From an uncultured delta proteobacterium (GTDB lineage Bacteria; Desulfobacterota; Binatia; UBA9968), in NCBI GenBank assembly GCA_963760795.1, contig CAVXEP010000005.1, forward strand, positions 64,001 through 128,000: a DNA stretch of 64,000 bases, read 5' to 3'. The first letter of the stretch is position 1, and every line of letters starts with the position of its first letter. The notes beneath the pieces were generated by a model that saw only the letters and a program-made list of their open reading frames with translations, did no database searches and was not told where the DNA came from. Of the stretch, positions 11,757 to 23,250 are shown piece by piece. Made by a program: the position numbers and the translations under genes.

Positions 11757-12468
11757 ATGCAGATCATCAATCGCGATTTAGACATGAACAAAGACGGCGT
11801 GCCCTGGCTATCTCGCCCATCCCGAACGCAAAGAGCCCGGCCCCGGCATCATGATCGTGCATCATCACTATGGCTGCACCGGCAATATGAAAGTCAAAGT
11901 CTGCGACTACGCCAAGCTCGGCTACACGACGATCGTTCCGGACTTATATAAAATGCTCGGCGCCGCCGATGGCGTGCATGAAGCACAAAAGACCACCACC
12001 GACGGTCAGTTCACCGAGATCCTCACCCGCTCTTGGAATTATCTCACCAGCAGACCGGAGGTGGACGCCAAGCGCTGCGCCGTGGTCGGTTACTGCATGG
12101 GCGGCCGCATCGGCATTCACTTCGTTGCCGCGACGCCGAGCGCGCGCGCCTTCGTCGGTTATTATCCGTCGGTGCGCGATGAAGAGCCGAGCAAACTCCG
12201 GCCGCGTCATCCCAACGACGCGGTCAAAGATTTCAAATGCCCTTCGCAAATCTTCCTCGGCGGCAAAGACCATGTCGCCAGCATTCCGGTGCAGCAAAAA
12301 CTGATGGCGAGCTTCCAAACCAACGGCCAGCCATTGGACTGGCACTTCTTCCACCGCGCCGGTCACGGCTTTGCCATGGCCGACGGCGACTGCTACGATC
12401 CGGCATTAGCCGATCAGGCATGGAGTCTGATGGCGAATTTCCTCGGAAGAGAATTGGCAAACAGCTAG
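11757..12468 (+). CDS. Dienelactone hydrolase family protein (frameshift ~11805)
   Basis: GYCMGG nucleophile elbow, PDLY, AGHGF. Confidence 0.85.
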
Positions 12469-12481
12469 CGAAGCGCGTAGA

Positions 12482-12952
12482 TTAGGAAATCGCATATACG
12501 AAGTTCGCCGCTTCACTGCGTTCGTGCCAGCCGGCTTTAAGATAAAACTGCCGCTGGTAGGATTCGCGGTTGCGCAGGTTAATCAGGGATAGCCGTTGAC
12601 AGCCGCGTGCCCGCGCGTCGACCTCGATGATTCTGAGCAGTTGGCGGCCCACCCCTTGTCCGCGCGCGTCATCGCGAACGAATAATTCAGAAACATAACC
12701 CTCTGGCCCCGCCATGAAAAGATAGGGCAGCCAGTGCACCGAACCATAGCCAGCGATCTCGCCATGGGGCGCTTCGGCGACGTAGATAGAGTGACTATCG
12801 TCGGCGAGACATTGCCGAAGCCGGCTTTCAACTTGCGTGACCGAGTCCTTGAACTCCCGGCTGCTGAACGCCTCGAACCATCCTATTCCTTGCAGCAATT
12901 TTGCGATCCCGGGTGCATCGTCGATCACGGCCTTTCTGATCGGTATCTCCAT
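12482..12952 (-). CDS. GNAT family N-acetyltransferase
   Basis: LFVRDDARGQGVGRQLL acetyl-CoA motif, FYLKAGW. Confidence 0.88.
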   Translation of the reverse strand: MEIPIRKAVIDDAPGIAKLLQGIGWFEAFSSREFKDSVTQVESRLRQCLADDSHSIYVAEAPHGEIAGYGSVHWLPYLFMAGPEGYVSELFVRDDARGQGVGRQLLRIIEVDARARGCQRLSLINLRNRESYQRQFYLKAGWHERSEAANFVYAIS

Positions 12953-13050
12953 TGACTCCTCCGTTCTGATGGAGCGTCACAGACGCTCATCGTGAATGTG
13001 CAGCTAGCGCGCCCCTTGATTCGCGGCAAATCGATTTTGCCGGTGAAATC

Positions 13051-14229
13051 TTACACCACCTGACCGGCCGCCCATCCCGACGACCAGGCCCACTGGAAAT
13101 TGAATCCGCCGAGATGACCGGTGACATCGACGACTTCGCCGATGAAATATAGGCCGGCAACGATCTTCGACTCCATCGTAGTCGATGAGAGTTCGTCGGT
13201 GTTGACGCCGCCGAGGGTGACCTCCGCGGTCCGATAGCCTTCGGTTTCGCTCGGCCGAAAGCGCCAACTTTGCAGCCGCTCGCAGATCGCGCGCATGTCG
13301 CGCGCGGAATATTGGCGCAGCGGCCGGCTGCCCAGTTCGATGTCACACAACCGTTGCGCCAAGCGTTTCGGTAGGAATTCGCCGAGCACGGTTTTCAATT
13401 CCGCGTCCGGTCGCGCGGACTGTCGTCCTTTCAGCCAAGCGTCGGCATCGGTCAACGGCAGAAAGTTAATCGTTAGATCATCACCCGGCTGCCAATAGGA
13501 CGAGATTTGCAAAATCGCCGGACCGCTGATGCCGCGATGGGTGAACAACATCGCGTTGGCAAAACTTTGCCGTCGACACTCGACTTGCACAGGCAGGGCA
13601 ACACCGGACAGATCTTTGTATCGCACCAGGTCGTCCGCGCTGAAAACCAATGGCACCAAACCGGCGCGAGTCGTCGCGATGCCGTGGCCGAATCGCTTGG
13701 CGAGTTCGTAGCCAAATCCGCTGGCGCCCATCTTCGGCACGGACAGGCCGCCGCAAGCAACCACCAAAGACAATGCTTCGAATGAGCCCCGATTGCTCTT
13801 GATGACAAACCCCGCGGCGCCGCGCTCCACGCTGTTCACAGTGCAATCGGTCGCAATCCGTACGCCCGCCTGGCTGCATTCGTCGGTCAGCAGCTTGACG
13901 ACCTGGCGCGCCGATTGATCGCAGAACAGTTGGCCCAGCTCCTTTTCGTGATAGCCGATGCCATGGCGCTCCACCAGGGCGATGAAATCCCACTGCGTGT
14001 AGCGCGCCAGCGCGGACTTGCAGAAGTGCGGATTGGCCGAGAGAAAATTGTCCGGCGTGACGTTAAGGTTGGTGAAGTTACAGCGTCCGCCGCCGGAGAT
14101 AAGAATTTTCTTGCCGACGCGATCACAATGTTCGATGACGAGAACGCGCCGGCCGCGCTTGCCCGCCTCGATGGCGCACATCAAACCGGCGGCACCGCCG
14201 CCGATCACAACCACGTCGAATAGATTCAT
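13051..14229 (-). CDS. NAD(P)/FAD-dependent oxidoreductase, HI0933/YhiN/BaiN family
   Basis: GGGAAGL, GKKILISGGGRCNFTN, LFTHRGISGP, TLGGV, GGFNFQWAWSSG. Confidence 0.93.
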   Translation of the reverse strand: MNLFDVVVIGGGAAGLMCAIEAGKRGRRVLVIEHCDRVGKKILISGGGRCNFTNLNVTPDNFLSANPHFCKSALARYTQWDFIALVERHGIGYHEKELGQLFCDQSARQVVKLLTDECSQAGVRIATDCTVNSVERGAAGFVIKSNRGSFEALSLVVACGGLSVPKMGASGFGYELAKRFGHGIATTRAGLVPLVFSADDLVRYKDLSGVALPVQVECRRQSFANAMLFTHRGISGPAILQISSYWQPGDDLTINFLPLTDADAWLKGRQSARPDAELKTVLGEFLPKRLAQRLCDIELGSRPLRQYSARDMRAICERLQSWRFRPSETEGYRTAEVTLGGVNTDELSSTTMESKIVAGLYFIGEVVDVTGHLGGFNFQWAWSSGWAAGQVV

Positions 14230-14303
14230 CTAATGTAGTAGAAAACAGTGGAATCGCGGACCAGCTCCGATAGCCGAATAGATTCGTCGAGACCCGGACC
14301 CCT

Positions 14304-14606
14304 CTACTTGGCGCCCAAAGGATGATCGATGACAAAGCGCCGGCTGCCATCGCTCTGACGCCGCAGAACTTCAATGCTGTTGCCGCGCAACTCTACCGGT
14401 TGGCAATCCGGGCCGGAGCCTCGGAGCAGCCATTTACCGCGCAGCAACGCGGTGTCGCCGGATTCGATCAGGTAGGTCGTTTCCATTGTTAACGTTCCCT
14501 TGAAAGCTAGGTACTGATGCAGTGCGGTGCGCACCGCCTCGATGCCACTTATTGAATGGCCAGGTTGGGGAACAAAGGTTGCGTTGGGTTCATTCCCAAT
14601 CGTCAA
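14304..14606 (-). pseudogene. N-terminally truncated YybH/SnoaL-like (NTF2 fold) protein
   Basis: GDTALLRGKW..EVLRRQSDGSRRFVIDHP is typical of YybH; the N-terminal helix is missing and the ORF abuts the CaiB stop. Confidence 0.6.
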
Positions 14607-15778
14607 ATTATTCCCTTCTCCTTGAACTCGGCGATCTGCTGGTCCGTATAACCCAGCGGCTTCAAGTACTCAGCGTTGTGTTCGCCCAACTCCGGCGGCG
14701 GCAACGGGTGGGGATTCTTGCTGTCGCTATACTGGTTCGGAAACGCCACCGTGCGAATGTTTGGTTTGCCGTTGCGTTCGATTTCGATCTCCAAACCCAT
14801 ATGTTTGATCTGCGGGTCTTGGAAAACTTCCTGCATGTTGTAGACCGGCGTGTGCGGCACGTCCTCGGCTTCGAGCCGTGCCATCCAGTGAGCGCGCGGT
14901 TTTTCTTTGAAGAACTCGCCGAAGGTTTTGGCGAGATCGTCGTAGTTCTTGCGCCGGTTGGGCCGTGTGTTGAAGCGCGGGTCGTCGATCAATTCCGCAT
15001 GGCCGGCGGCTTTGCACAATCCTTCCCAGAATTTCTGCGGCGACGAAAGGTGAATCGCGAACATGGCGCCATCGGAACCGGTGAACGCGTAGGTCTGCGA
15101 CTGAATGGGCCGGGTGTACGGACCGGGAATCTTTCCAGTGGCAAGCGAATCAGTCGCCGCGGCGATCAAGAACGCCAGGACGGAACCCGCCATCGTGGTA
15201 TCGACTTGCTGGCCCTTGCCGGTCTTCGCCCGCGCGGCGATGGCACCGAGCACGCCAATTGTAGCGAACATGCCGCTCAAGCTATCGGCGTAGTTGGGAC
15301 CGATGGGCCGGGGATTCTGCGCGTCCATCAGCAAGCTCAGCATGCCGCCCAACCCTTGGCCAACGGTGTCATACGCCGGCCGCTTCACGTAAGGTCCGGT
15401 CGGCCCGGTGCCGGTGATCGAAAGATAGATCACCCCCGGATTGGTCTTGCTCACGGTGTCGTAATCGATGCCAAGCTTTTTCATGACACCGGGCCGATAG
15501 TTGTCGAGAACTACGTCGGCAGTCTTGGCCAAAACTAGAAAGATTTCTTTACCCTCGGGAGTTTGCAGATTGAGCGTGATGCTGCGCTTGCCGCGATTGT
15601 AGGACCAGAAATTCGGCTCATCGCCGCCCAGGTCCCAGCCGCGAAAGGGATCGCCGCCCTTGGGATTTTCGACTTTAATAACTTCCGCGCCCATGTCGGC
15701 GAGCAACATCGCGCCGTAAGGACCGGAAATGAAATTGCCCAGCTCCAAGACTTTGATGCCATCCAAGCAACCGTTCAT
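14603..15778 (-). CDS. Class III CoA-transferase (CaiB/BaiF)
   Basis: LDGIKVLEL, LADMGAEVIKVE, NRGKRS, DNYRPG, conserved Asp in YADSLSG. Confidence 0.92.
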   Translation of the reverse strand: MNGCLDGIKVLELGNFISGPYGAMLLADMGAEVIKVENPKGGDPFRGWDLGGDEPNFWSYNRGKRSITLNLQTPEGKEIFLVLAKTADVVLDNYRPGVMKKLGIDYDTVSKTNPGVIYLSITGTGPTGPYVKRPAYDTVGQGLGGMLSLLMDAQNPRPIGPNYADSLSGMFATIGVLGAIAARAKTGKGQQVDTTMAGSVLAFLIAAATDSLATGKIPGPYTRPIQSQTYAFTGSDGAMFAIHLSSPQKFWEGLCKAAGHAELIDDPRFNTRPNRRKNYDDLAKTFGEFFKEKPRAHWMARLEAEDVPHTPVYNMQEVFQDPQIKHMGLEIEIERNGKPNIRTVAFPNQYSDSKNPHPLPPPELGEHNAEYLKPLGYTDQQIAEFKEKGII

Positions 15779-15820
15779 GCCATTCTTCCTTAAAAATGAA
15801 TTCTCGTCTTCGTTAGTAAA

Positions 15821-16997
15821 CTAGATAATTCCCTTCTCTTTGAACTCAGCGATCTTCGCCTCGTCGTAGCCAAGCGCTTTTAAAAACTCGCCATTGTTCT
15901 CGCCCAGCTCAGGCGGCGGAGAAGGAAACGGCGACGGCGTATCGCTGTGGGTCAATGGAAACTTCACGGTTTTGATCGTCGGCTTGTCTTTGCGCTCGAT
16001 GGCGATCTGCATGCCCATGTGTTTGACCTGCGGATCGTCGAAGACCTCTTTCAGGTTGTACACCGGCGTGTGCGGCACGTCGTTGGCTTCGAGCTGTTCG
16101 ACCCAATGGGCGCGCGGCTGTTCTTTGAAAAACACCGCGAAGGTCTTGTTAAGCTCGTCATAGTTGGCGCGCCGGTCCGGCCGCGACTTGAAGCGCGGGT
16201 CTTCGATCATCTCCGGATGGCCGACCGAATTGCACAGCCCTTCCCAAAATTTTTGCGGCGACGATAGATGAATCGCCAGCATGGCGCCGTCAGCGCAGGC
16301 GAACGCATAGGTCTGCGACTGGCGCGGCCGAGTGTACGGTCCGGGGATACGGCCGTGCGCCAGCGTTTCGGTCGCCGGCGCGTTCAGGAAAGCGAGGATC
16401 GATCCGACCATGGTCGCATCGACCTGCTGGCCTTTACCGGTGCGTCGTGCGCGCCACCAGCGCACCCAAAACACCCAGTGCCGAGAACATGCCGCTCAAA
16501 CCGTCGGCGTAGGCCGGCCCCACCGGCTTGGGATTTTTTGGGTCCATCAACACGCTCATCATACCGCCCATGCCCTGGCCCACGGTGTCGTACGCCGGCC
16601 GTTTCACATAGGGCCCCGATGGGCCGGTGCCGGTGATCGAGCAGCAAACTATTTTCGGATTGATCTTGCTCAGCGACTCGAAGTCGATGCCGAGCTTCTT
16701 GGTCACGCCGGGACGATAGTTGTCCATCACCACGTCAGACTGCTTGACCAGTCCGTAGAAGACTTCCTTGCCTTCGGGAGTCTGTAAATTCAGCGTGACG
16801 CTCTTCTTGCCGCGATTATAGGCCCAGAAGTTGGGCTGATCGCCGCCGAAATCCCAACCGCGAAACGGGTCGCCGCCCTTGGGATTCTCGACTTTAATAA
16901 CTTCCGCGCCCATGTCCGCCAGCAACATCGCGCCGTAGGGTCCGGAAATAAAATTGCCCAACTCCAAAACCTTGATGCCGTCTAAACAACCGCTCAT
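15821..16997 (-). CDS. Class III CoA-transferase, close tandem paralog (frameshift ~16450)
   Basis: Near-identical N-terminus to 14603..15778; ORFs 16434..16997 and 15821..16474 join. Confidence 0.9.
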
Positions 16998-17145
16998 GCT
17001 TCTGTCTCCTTAATTAATTTCTTACTATCAGCCAATGCCTCTGTCCTCTTGGTATGTTACCTTTTTACTTTCCCCTTGCCTGTTGCCTATTGCCGTCTTA
17101 ATCCGATAATGAACTTTCATATCGCCCATTTCGCAGGAGAACAAG

Positions 17146-18510
17146 ATGGCAACACCTCCGCCGGTCACCGACCTGCTCGCGCGCTTTGTTAACGACACTG
17201 ACATGTCGACCATGTTCGGGAAAACTTTGGCCGATGCCAAGCTGCATATCCTCGACACCCTCGGCGTCGCCCTTGCTGGTGTATCCACAGAGGTAGCGGA
17301 GCTCGCGCTCGATTATTGCCAAGGACTCGGCGCGTGTAACGAGTCGTCGATCTGGGGCACCCCGGCAAAAGCCTCTGTTAGCACTGCTGCTTTCGCCAAT
17401 GGCCTGCTGGCCCACGCCCTCGATTACGACGACTGGGATGCCTTTATCCATGTCGGTCATCCGTCGAGTATGATCGTCGGCGCAGCGCTGCCGCTGGCGG
17501 AACATATCGGCGCTACCGGCAAAGACCTGCTCAAAGCCTACGTGCTCGGCATCGAAGTGATTTGTAAAATCGCCGCCAATGCGCCCAACGTCCAGGACCG
17601 CGGCTTTCACAGCACGCCGGTCTTCGGCAGCCTCGGCGCCACCGTCGCCTGTGCCAGCTTGTTGAAACTTCCCGTCGACAAAATCAAAGCCGCTCTCGGT
17701 ATCGCCGCCTCCGGCGCCGGCGGTATCCATCGGCAGCAAGGGTCGATGGTGAAACCGTTCCACGCCGGCAATTCCGCGCGCAACGGCGCCGAGGCCGCAC
17801 TACTGGCGAGCAAAGGTTTCACCGCCGACGCCGCCATCTTCGAGGCGCCGCGCGGCTTCTGCGACACCTTCTTCGGCCCGGAGACCTGCGATTATGAGAA
17901 AATGGTGGCCAACATCGGCGCACCTTACTTTCTCGATTCGCCCGGCATCGGCCTCAAATGGCACCCATGCAGCGCGCCGCAGTTCCTCGCCGCCGACGCC
18001 GCGTTACAATTGAAGCGTGAGCACAAAGTCAACATCGCCGATGTCGCCAAGATGGAAGTCAGCATTCCGCCCAAACGCTACGCGCGCCACTACTCAGCCG
18101 AGGTCAAAACCGGCCTGCGCGGCAAGTTCGCCATCAACTACGTCGTCGCCATGTGCTTTCTCGACGGCAAGCTCGAGATCGCCACTTTCACCGACGAGAA
18201 AGTCAATCGGTCCGAAGTGCAAGACGCCTTCAGCAAGGTTCAAGTCATCTGCGATGAGTCGATCCCCGAGCCCGGCCCCTACTGCCCGGTCAGCGTCGAG
18301 ATGAAAAACGGCACCCGTCACAGCTATACGGCAAAAATCGCCAAAGGCGACCCGCGCAATCCGATGACCGAAGAAGAAGTGACCGAGAAATTTCGCGGCA
18401 ACGCACGGCAGGCGATTTCACAGAAACAGACCGAAGCAGTGGTCGACGCAGTAAAACGGCTCGAATCGATGGACAACGTCAAGACGATCGTCAACCTACT
18501 CAAGCCGTAA
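17146..18510 (+). CDS. MmgE/PrpD family protein
   Basis: LDTLGVALAG, NGLLAHALDYDD, GHPS, GFHST, KPFHAG, GDPRNPM. Confidence 0.92.
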   Translation: MATPPPVTDLLARFVNDTDMSTMFGKTLADAKLHILDTLGVALAGVSTEVAELALDYCQGLGACNESSIWGTPAKASVSTAAFANGLLAHALDYDDWDAFIHVGHPSSMIVGAALPLAEHIGATGKDLLKAYVLGIEVICKIAANAPNVQDRGFHSTPVFGSLGATVACASLLKLPVDKIKAALGIAASGAGGIHRQQGSMVKPFHAGNSARNGAEAALLASKGFTADAAIFEAPRGFCDTFFGPETCDYEKMVANIGAPYFLDSPGIGLKWHPCSAPQFLAADAALQLKREHKVNIADVAKMEVSIPPKRYARHYSAEVKTGLRGKFAINYVVAMCFLDGKLEIATFTDEKVNRSEVQDAFSKVQVICDESIPEPGPYCPVSVEMKNGTRHSYTAKIAKGDPRNPMTEEEVTEKFRGNARQAISQKQTEAVVDAVKRLESMDNVKTIVNLLKP

Positions 18511-18511
18511 A

Positions 18512-18573
18512 AAGGAGCGTGGACATTCCTGTCCGCGTGTTTCTAAAGAGCGGGTTAGAAAACCCGCGCTCCA
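18512..18573. repeat. REP-like palindromic element
   Basis: GGAGCGTGGACATTCCTGTCCGC...GCGGGTTAGAAAACCCGCGCTCC; further copies at 21667-21743 and ~47799-47823. Confidence 0.75.
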
Positions 18574-18590
18574 TTCGGGAGCAAAATAAC

Positions 18591-19263
18591 ATGGGTACAA
18601 TGACCCAAATCACCGCCCGCGACGGCCAGGTACCTCGATGCCTATCTGGCGCGGCCGGCAAATCAGCCGCGCGGCGCCATCGTCATCGCCCAAGAAATGT
18701 ACGGCGTCACGAGCTACCTGCGCGATACCTGCGATTTCTACGCTGCCCAGGGCTATCTGACCATCGCACCGGCACTCTACGACCGGCGCCAGCGCGGCCT
18801 CGTCTTGGAATACACCCAAGAGAATCACGATCTCGCCCAGAAGATCTACAAGAACTGGAATTGGGAGCACGCCCTCGACGATCTCGACGCCGGGAAGAAT
18901 GTTGTCTTAGAAGCCGGGAAAGTCGCCATCGTCGGCTTCTGCTGGGGCGGCACGCTGGCGTGGCTCGCCTCCTGCCGCCGCGACTACGCGGCCGCTGTCG
19001 CCTATTACGGTTCGATGATGCCGGACTTCGCGCTTGAGACCGCGCGCTGTCCCGTCATCGCCCATATCGGCAGCGCAGACACGACGATGCCGCAAGAACG
19101 AATCGAGCTCTTTCACCAAGCGCAGCCGACCGTTCCGATCAGCATGTATCCCGGAGCCCAGCATGGCTTTGACAATCCCAGCCGCGCCGACAGATTCCAC
19201 CCGGAAGCCGGCCAGCTCGCCCGCGAGCGCACCCGCGAATTCTTGGCGCAGCATGTGGGGTGA
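18591..19263 (+). CDS. Dienelactone hydrolase family protein (frameshift ~18630)
   Basis: QEMYGV, APALY, GFCWGG, YPGAQHGF. Confidence 0.87.
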
Positions 19264-19546
19264 AAAGAATGGAGTGATGGAGTGATGGAGTGTTGGACTC
19301 GGACACGGTCCGGATGGCTAAGCCAGCGACATCAACCCAACATGTCATTGCGAGCGCAGCGAGAAATCCCTTGATCAACTACCCGCGTGTTACTCCTGAA
19401 GAAAGTGAACGTATCTGAGCATCTCCGAGATACCCATCATTCCATAACTCCATCACTCCAACTCCTCATTCTGCCATCGACAACTATTTCCAACTGCGAT
19501 AGATCGAAATCGCACCAGCAGTCTTGTTCATCCCAGGAGGCTCGTC

Positions 19547-21668
19547 ATGGCCGGCAATCAACCTTTGGCGCCGCTCTTCGAAGCCGATCGTCTCGCCATC
19601 ATCGGCGCCAGCGACCGCAATCACTACGCCGTCAATGTTTTTAAGAATCTGCAGAACTTCGGTTTCGACACATCGAAAGTCGTGCCGATCAATCCAGGCC
19701 GTCCCGAAGTCTTCGGGTTGAAGGCTTATCCAAGCATACTCGACGTTCCTGGCGAGCTGCCGCTCGCGGTGATTGCCGTCAATACCCAGAATGTGCTCGC
19801 CGTCGTCGAGGATGTCGGTAGAAAAGGCGTCAAGGCCGCGGTGATTTTCGCCGATGGTTTCGCCGAAGGCGGCGAAGCGGGAATGAAGATCCAGCAGGAT
19901 GTCACCGCCGCGGCCAAAGCGGCGAACTTGAAGCTCCTGGGCCCCAACTGCATGGGCTTCGTCGCGCTCCGCTCTAAGCTCGGCATCTGGGGTGGCGAAC
20001 TGCCAAAGAACATCCGCCCCGGCAACATCGGCTGCATTTTTCAGAGCAGCGGCATGATGAATTTATTGATGAACTTCGGCGTCAAGCGCGGTTTGGGCTT
20101 TCACCTTTGCGCCAGCGGCGGCAACGAGATCGTCCTCAACTCCGCCGACTATCTCGCCTACCAGGCCGAATGTGCCGAGATCGACGTCATCTCCTGCTAT
20201 TTCGAAGCGGCGCCCAAAGAGCCGGAACGCTTCGCTGCCGCCCTCGACCGCGCGATAATCAATGGCAAAGCGGTCTTGATCCTGCGCGCCGGCCGCACCG
20301 AGCGCGCCAAGAAAAATGTCATCGCCCACACCGGCCAACTCGCCGGCTCGGCCGCGGCTTGGGACGCCTGCTTCGAGCAACATGGCGCGATCATCGTCAA
20401 CGATCTCGACGATCTCATCGACACTACGGCGCTGTTTGCCGGCGCGCGACTGCGACCGGACCAACATGAGCGCGGTGTCGGTTTAATGACGATCTCCGGC
20501 GGCGACTGCACGTTGCTCTGCGACATCGCCGACCAGGAAGGTCTCAATCTGCCGGAGCTGAGCCCGGCAACCCAGCAAGTCATGGTCGAAGCGCTGGACA
20601 AGCCCACCGTGCTCGGCAACCCCCTCGACGTCGAAGACTTGCAGCGCATGAAACCGGAGGGGTTCGACCGCTGCCTGGAGAAGTTTTTCGCCGAACCCAA
20701 CTTCGACATGCTCGGTGTCCGTTTGAATCTCCCCGAAGCGATCACGCCGTCGGCGGAGAAGCTGTACACGCAGATCTCCGCGCTGAGCAAAGCCAACGAC
20801 AAGCGCGTCTTCGTCCTCACCCGCGCCACCGAACCGCCGGCGCAAGTGTGGTACGACAAATTGAATAGCCTCGGCCTGACCTTCACCGGCGACTATCGCA
20901 AATCCGTCCGCGCCATGAGCCGGCTGCGCAAGAACGAACGCGACCGCGCCATCGGCCGCTTCGTGCCGCCGACGAGATCGAGTGCTCAACCGAACCGTCT
21001 ATCACTCGGCTCCGGCGTCGTGTCATACCGCGACACCGACAAGCTGCTGCAATCCTACGGCATCTCGCTCGCCCCAGGGTTAATGGCGCAATCAGCCGGT
21101 GAAGCGATCAGCGCCGCGGAAAAGCTCGGCTATCCCCTGTGTGCTCAAAGTCGCCTCAGTCGACATCCCACACAAGACCGAGTTCGGCGCCCTGCGCCTT
21201 GGCTTGGAAAACCGCGCCGCGGTCGAGAATGCTTACGAAGAAATGCTCATCAACGTGCGCATGAAGAAGCCCGACGCGAGAATCGAAGGTGTATTGGTGC
21301 AAAAGCAAATCAAAGGCGTCGAATGCCTGCTCGGCATCGACCGCGACGAACAACTCGGTCCGACCTTGGTGATGGGACTTGGCGGCGTCTTCGTGGAAAT
21401 CCTCGCCGACGTGCAAATTAGAATCCCGCCCATCAGCGCCGCCGAAGCCAAGCGCGCGCTGGAAAGTTTGAAAGGCGCCAAAGTCTTCACCGGCGTGCGC
21501 GGCGCAGCGGCGGCAGACCTCGACGCTCTGGCCGACATGGCCGCCAAGCTCTCTTGGCTTGCCCACGATCTCAGGAATGAGATCGCCGAGTTCGATTTGA
21601 ATCCAGTGGTGGTACTGCCAGCCGGTCAAGGCGCCTTCGCCGTCGACGCCTTGCTGGTGATGCGATAA
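19547..21668 (+). CDS. Acetate/acyl-CoA ligase (ADP-forming) family protein (frameshift ~21140)
   Basis: IIGAS, GPNCMG, QSSG, phospho-His AHTGQLAG, GNPLD, C-terminal ATP-grasp GLGGVFVE..DLNPV. Confidence 0.9.
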
Positions 21669-21743
21669 AGGAGCGTGGACATTGGAGCGCGGACATTCCT
21701 GTCCGCGTTTTTTAATCGCGGGTTAGAATACCCGCTCTCCTTT
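21667..21743. repeat. REP-like palindromic element
   Basis: Copy of the 18512 element with a partly duplicated left arm. Confidence 0.75.
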
Positions 21744-21915
21744 CACGATAAGACTTGCCGCAGCCACTTAAGAATCGCGTCACGGCACTGAAGATCATGC
21801 AACGTTGGGCATTTTAGTTGCGAAGTCACTTCCAGCGGAACTGGCGGCCCATGGACTTGAATTAACGACGATCGTCGATCAGGATGAGAGTCTGATTCGC
21901 CGCGAGGCAGCGCTC

Positions 21916-22323
21916 ATGTCCGAAGGAATCGTAATCGACGCCAACCCGCCACCCTCCCTGGTTAACACCACACACCTGATCTATGCCCTGCACGCCCTCA
22001 GTCTTCTGATCGGCATAACCACCGCTGCGACGATCATCGGCGCCTTCGTCTTCGGCCTTCCGTCGATTATCGCCGTCATCATCAACTACCTGAAGAGAGA
22101 CGAGGTGCGCGGCACCTTTCTCGAGTCACACTTTCGCTGGCAGATTCGGACGTTTTGGTTTGGCTTCCTCTGGTGTCTGATCGGCGGGTTTTTGTTTGTG
22201 ACTGTCATAGGCATTCCAATTGCGATAATGGTTTTCGTCGCCGCCGGCGTGTGGGTCATCTACCGAGTCGTTCGCGGCTGGCTTGCGCTGCGTGATCGAA
22301 ACCCGATGTACACCAACGGCTGA
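21916..22323 (+). CDS. DUF4870-like membrane protein
   Basis: IYALHAL, AVIINYLKR, SHFRWQIRTFW, WVIYRVVRGW. Confidence 0.8.
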   Translation: MSEGIVIDANPPPSLVNTTHLIYALHALSLLIGITTAATIIGAFVFGLPSIIAVIINYLKRDEVRGTFLESHFRWQIRTFWFGFLWCLIGGFLFVTVIGIPIAIMVFVAAGVWVIYRVVRGWLALRDRNPMYTNG

Positions 22324-22338
22324 CCGCGGCTCCGCGCC

Positions 22339-23250
22339 TTGTTGCCGAAGCAGATTGTAGATCGAAGTTCGGTGGACTCATTGCAAAATCCAAAACCTGT
22401 CCTTAGCCAAGTCGAAGGATCGAAAATCCAATATACCGGTTGCACAATACCGCCCTCGCTCTCTTTATTGACAGCTACTTTCCTCTCGACGTTTTTGCTC
22501 CTCAACCTGCTCACAGTTACGCCAGCCCACTGCTGGTACGACAAAGGACACCGAATCGTCAGTTTGATCGCCCAGGCACATCTCACCGCCGGCGCGCGCA
22601 AGGAGATTGAAAGGATACTTCCAGCCAGCATGACCTTGGCGGACGCAGCCGTTTGGCCGGACCATGAGGGGCGACAAATACGCGAATTCGACCCCCTCCA
22701 CTACGTCCGTATTCCCGAGCAGGCTAGCGGCTACGATCGAGCACGCGACTGCCCGGACAGAAACTGTATGGTTGAAGCCCTCATCTGGTTTTCTGCGGCC
22801 GTCGCCGATAAGAACGCGCCGATCGTGACGAGGAGACTTGCCCTTCGCTATGTCGCCCACCTGGTGGGCGACATGCATCAGCCGCTTCATGCCGGCCGCG
22901 CCGCTGATCGAGGCGGGATCGATATCTCCGTGTCATATAGAGGCGCAACCACGAATCTTCACTACTTCTGGGATTCTAACTTGGTCGACCTGGAAACGGG
23001 CAATGAGGAGGAAATCGCCAAGCGGCTTACAGCGACTCTCACGGCAGCGGATCGCCTCAAATGGCAGGCTGGCGATCCCAAACAGTGGACCGATGAATCG
23101 TTGATGTTAGTCAGGTCGCACGCATACAACACCGGCGCCTCAGGCGAACTAAGCGATGATTACGTGGAAAAAGCCCGCCCGGTCATCCGAAGAAAACTTG
23201 CTCAGGCTGGAATCAGGTTGGCTTGGTTGCTAAATAACGCGTTGAAATAA
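22339..23250 (+). CDS. S1/P1 nuclease, secreted (start uncertain; TTG 22468 possible)
   Basis: Signal peptide then W-x3-GH, WPD, HLVGDMHQPLH, NLHYFWD, AGIRLA. Confidence 0.9.
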   Translation: MLPKQIVDRSSVDSLQNPKPVLSQVEGSKIQYTGCTIPPSLSLLTATFLSTFLLLNLLTVTPAHCWYDKGHRIVSLIAQAHLTAGARKEIERILPASMTLADAAVWPDHEGRQIREFDPLHYVRIPEQASGYDRARDCPDRNCMVEALIWFSAAVADKNAPIVTRRLALRYVAHLVGDMHQPLHAGRAADRGGIDISVSYRGATTNLHYFWDSNLVDLETGNEEEIAKRLTATLTAADRLKWQAGDPKQWTDESLMLVRSHAYNTGASGELSDDYVEKARPVIRRKLAQAGIRLAWLLNNALK

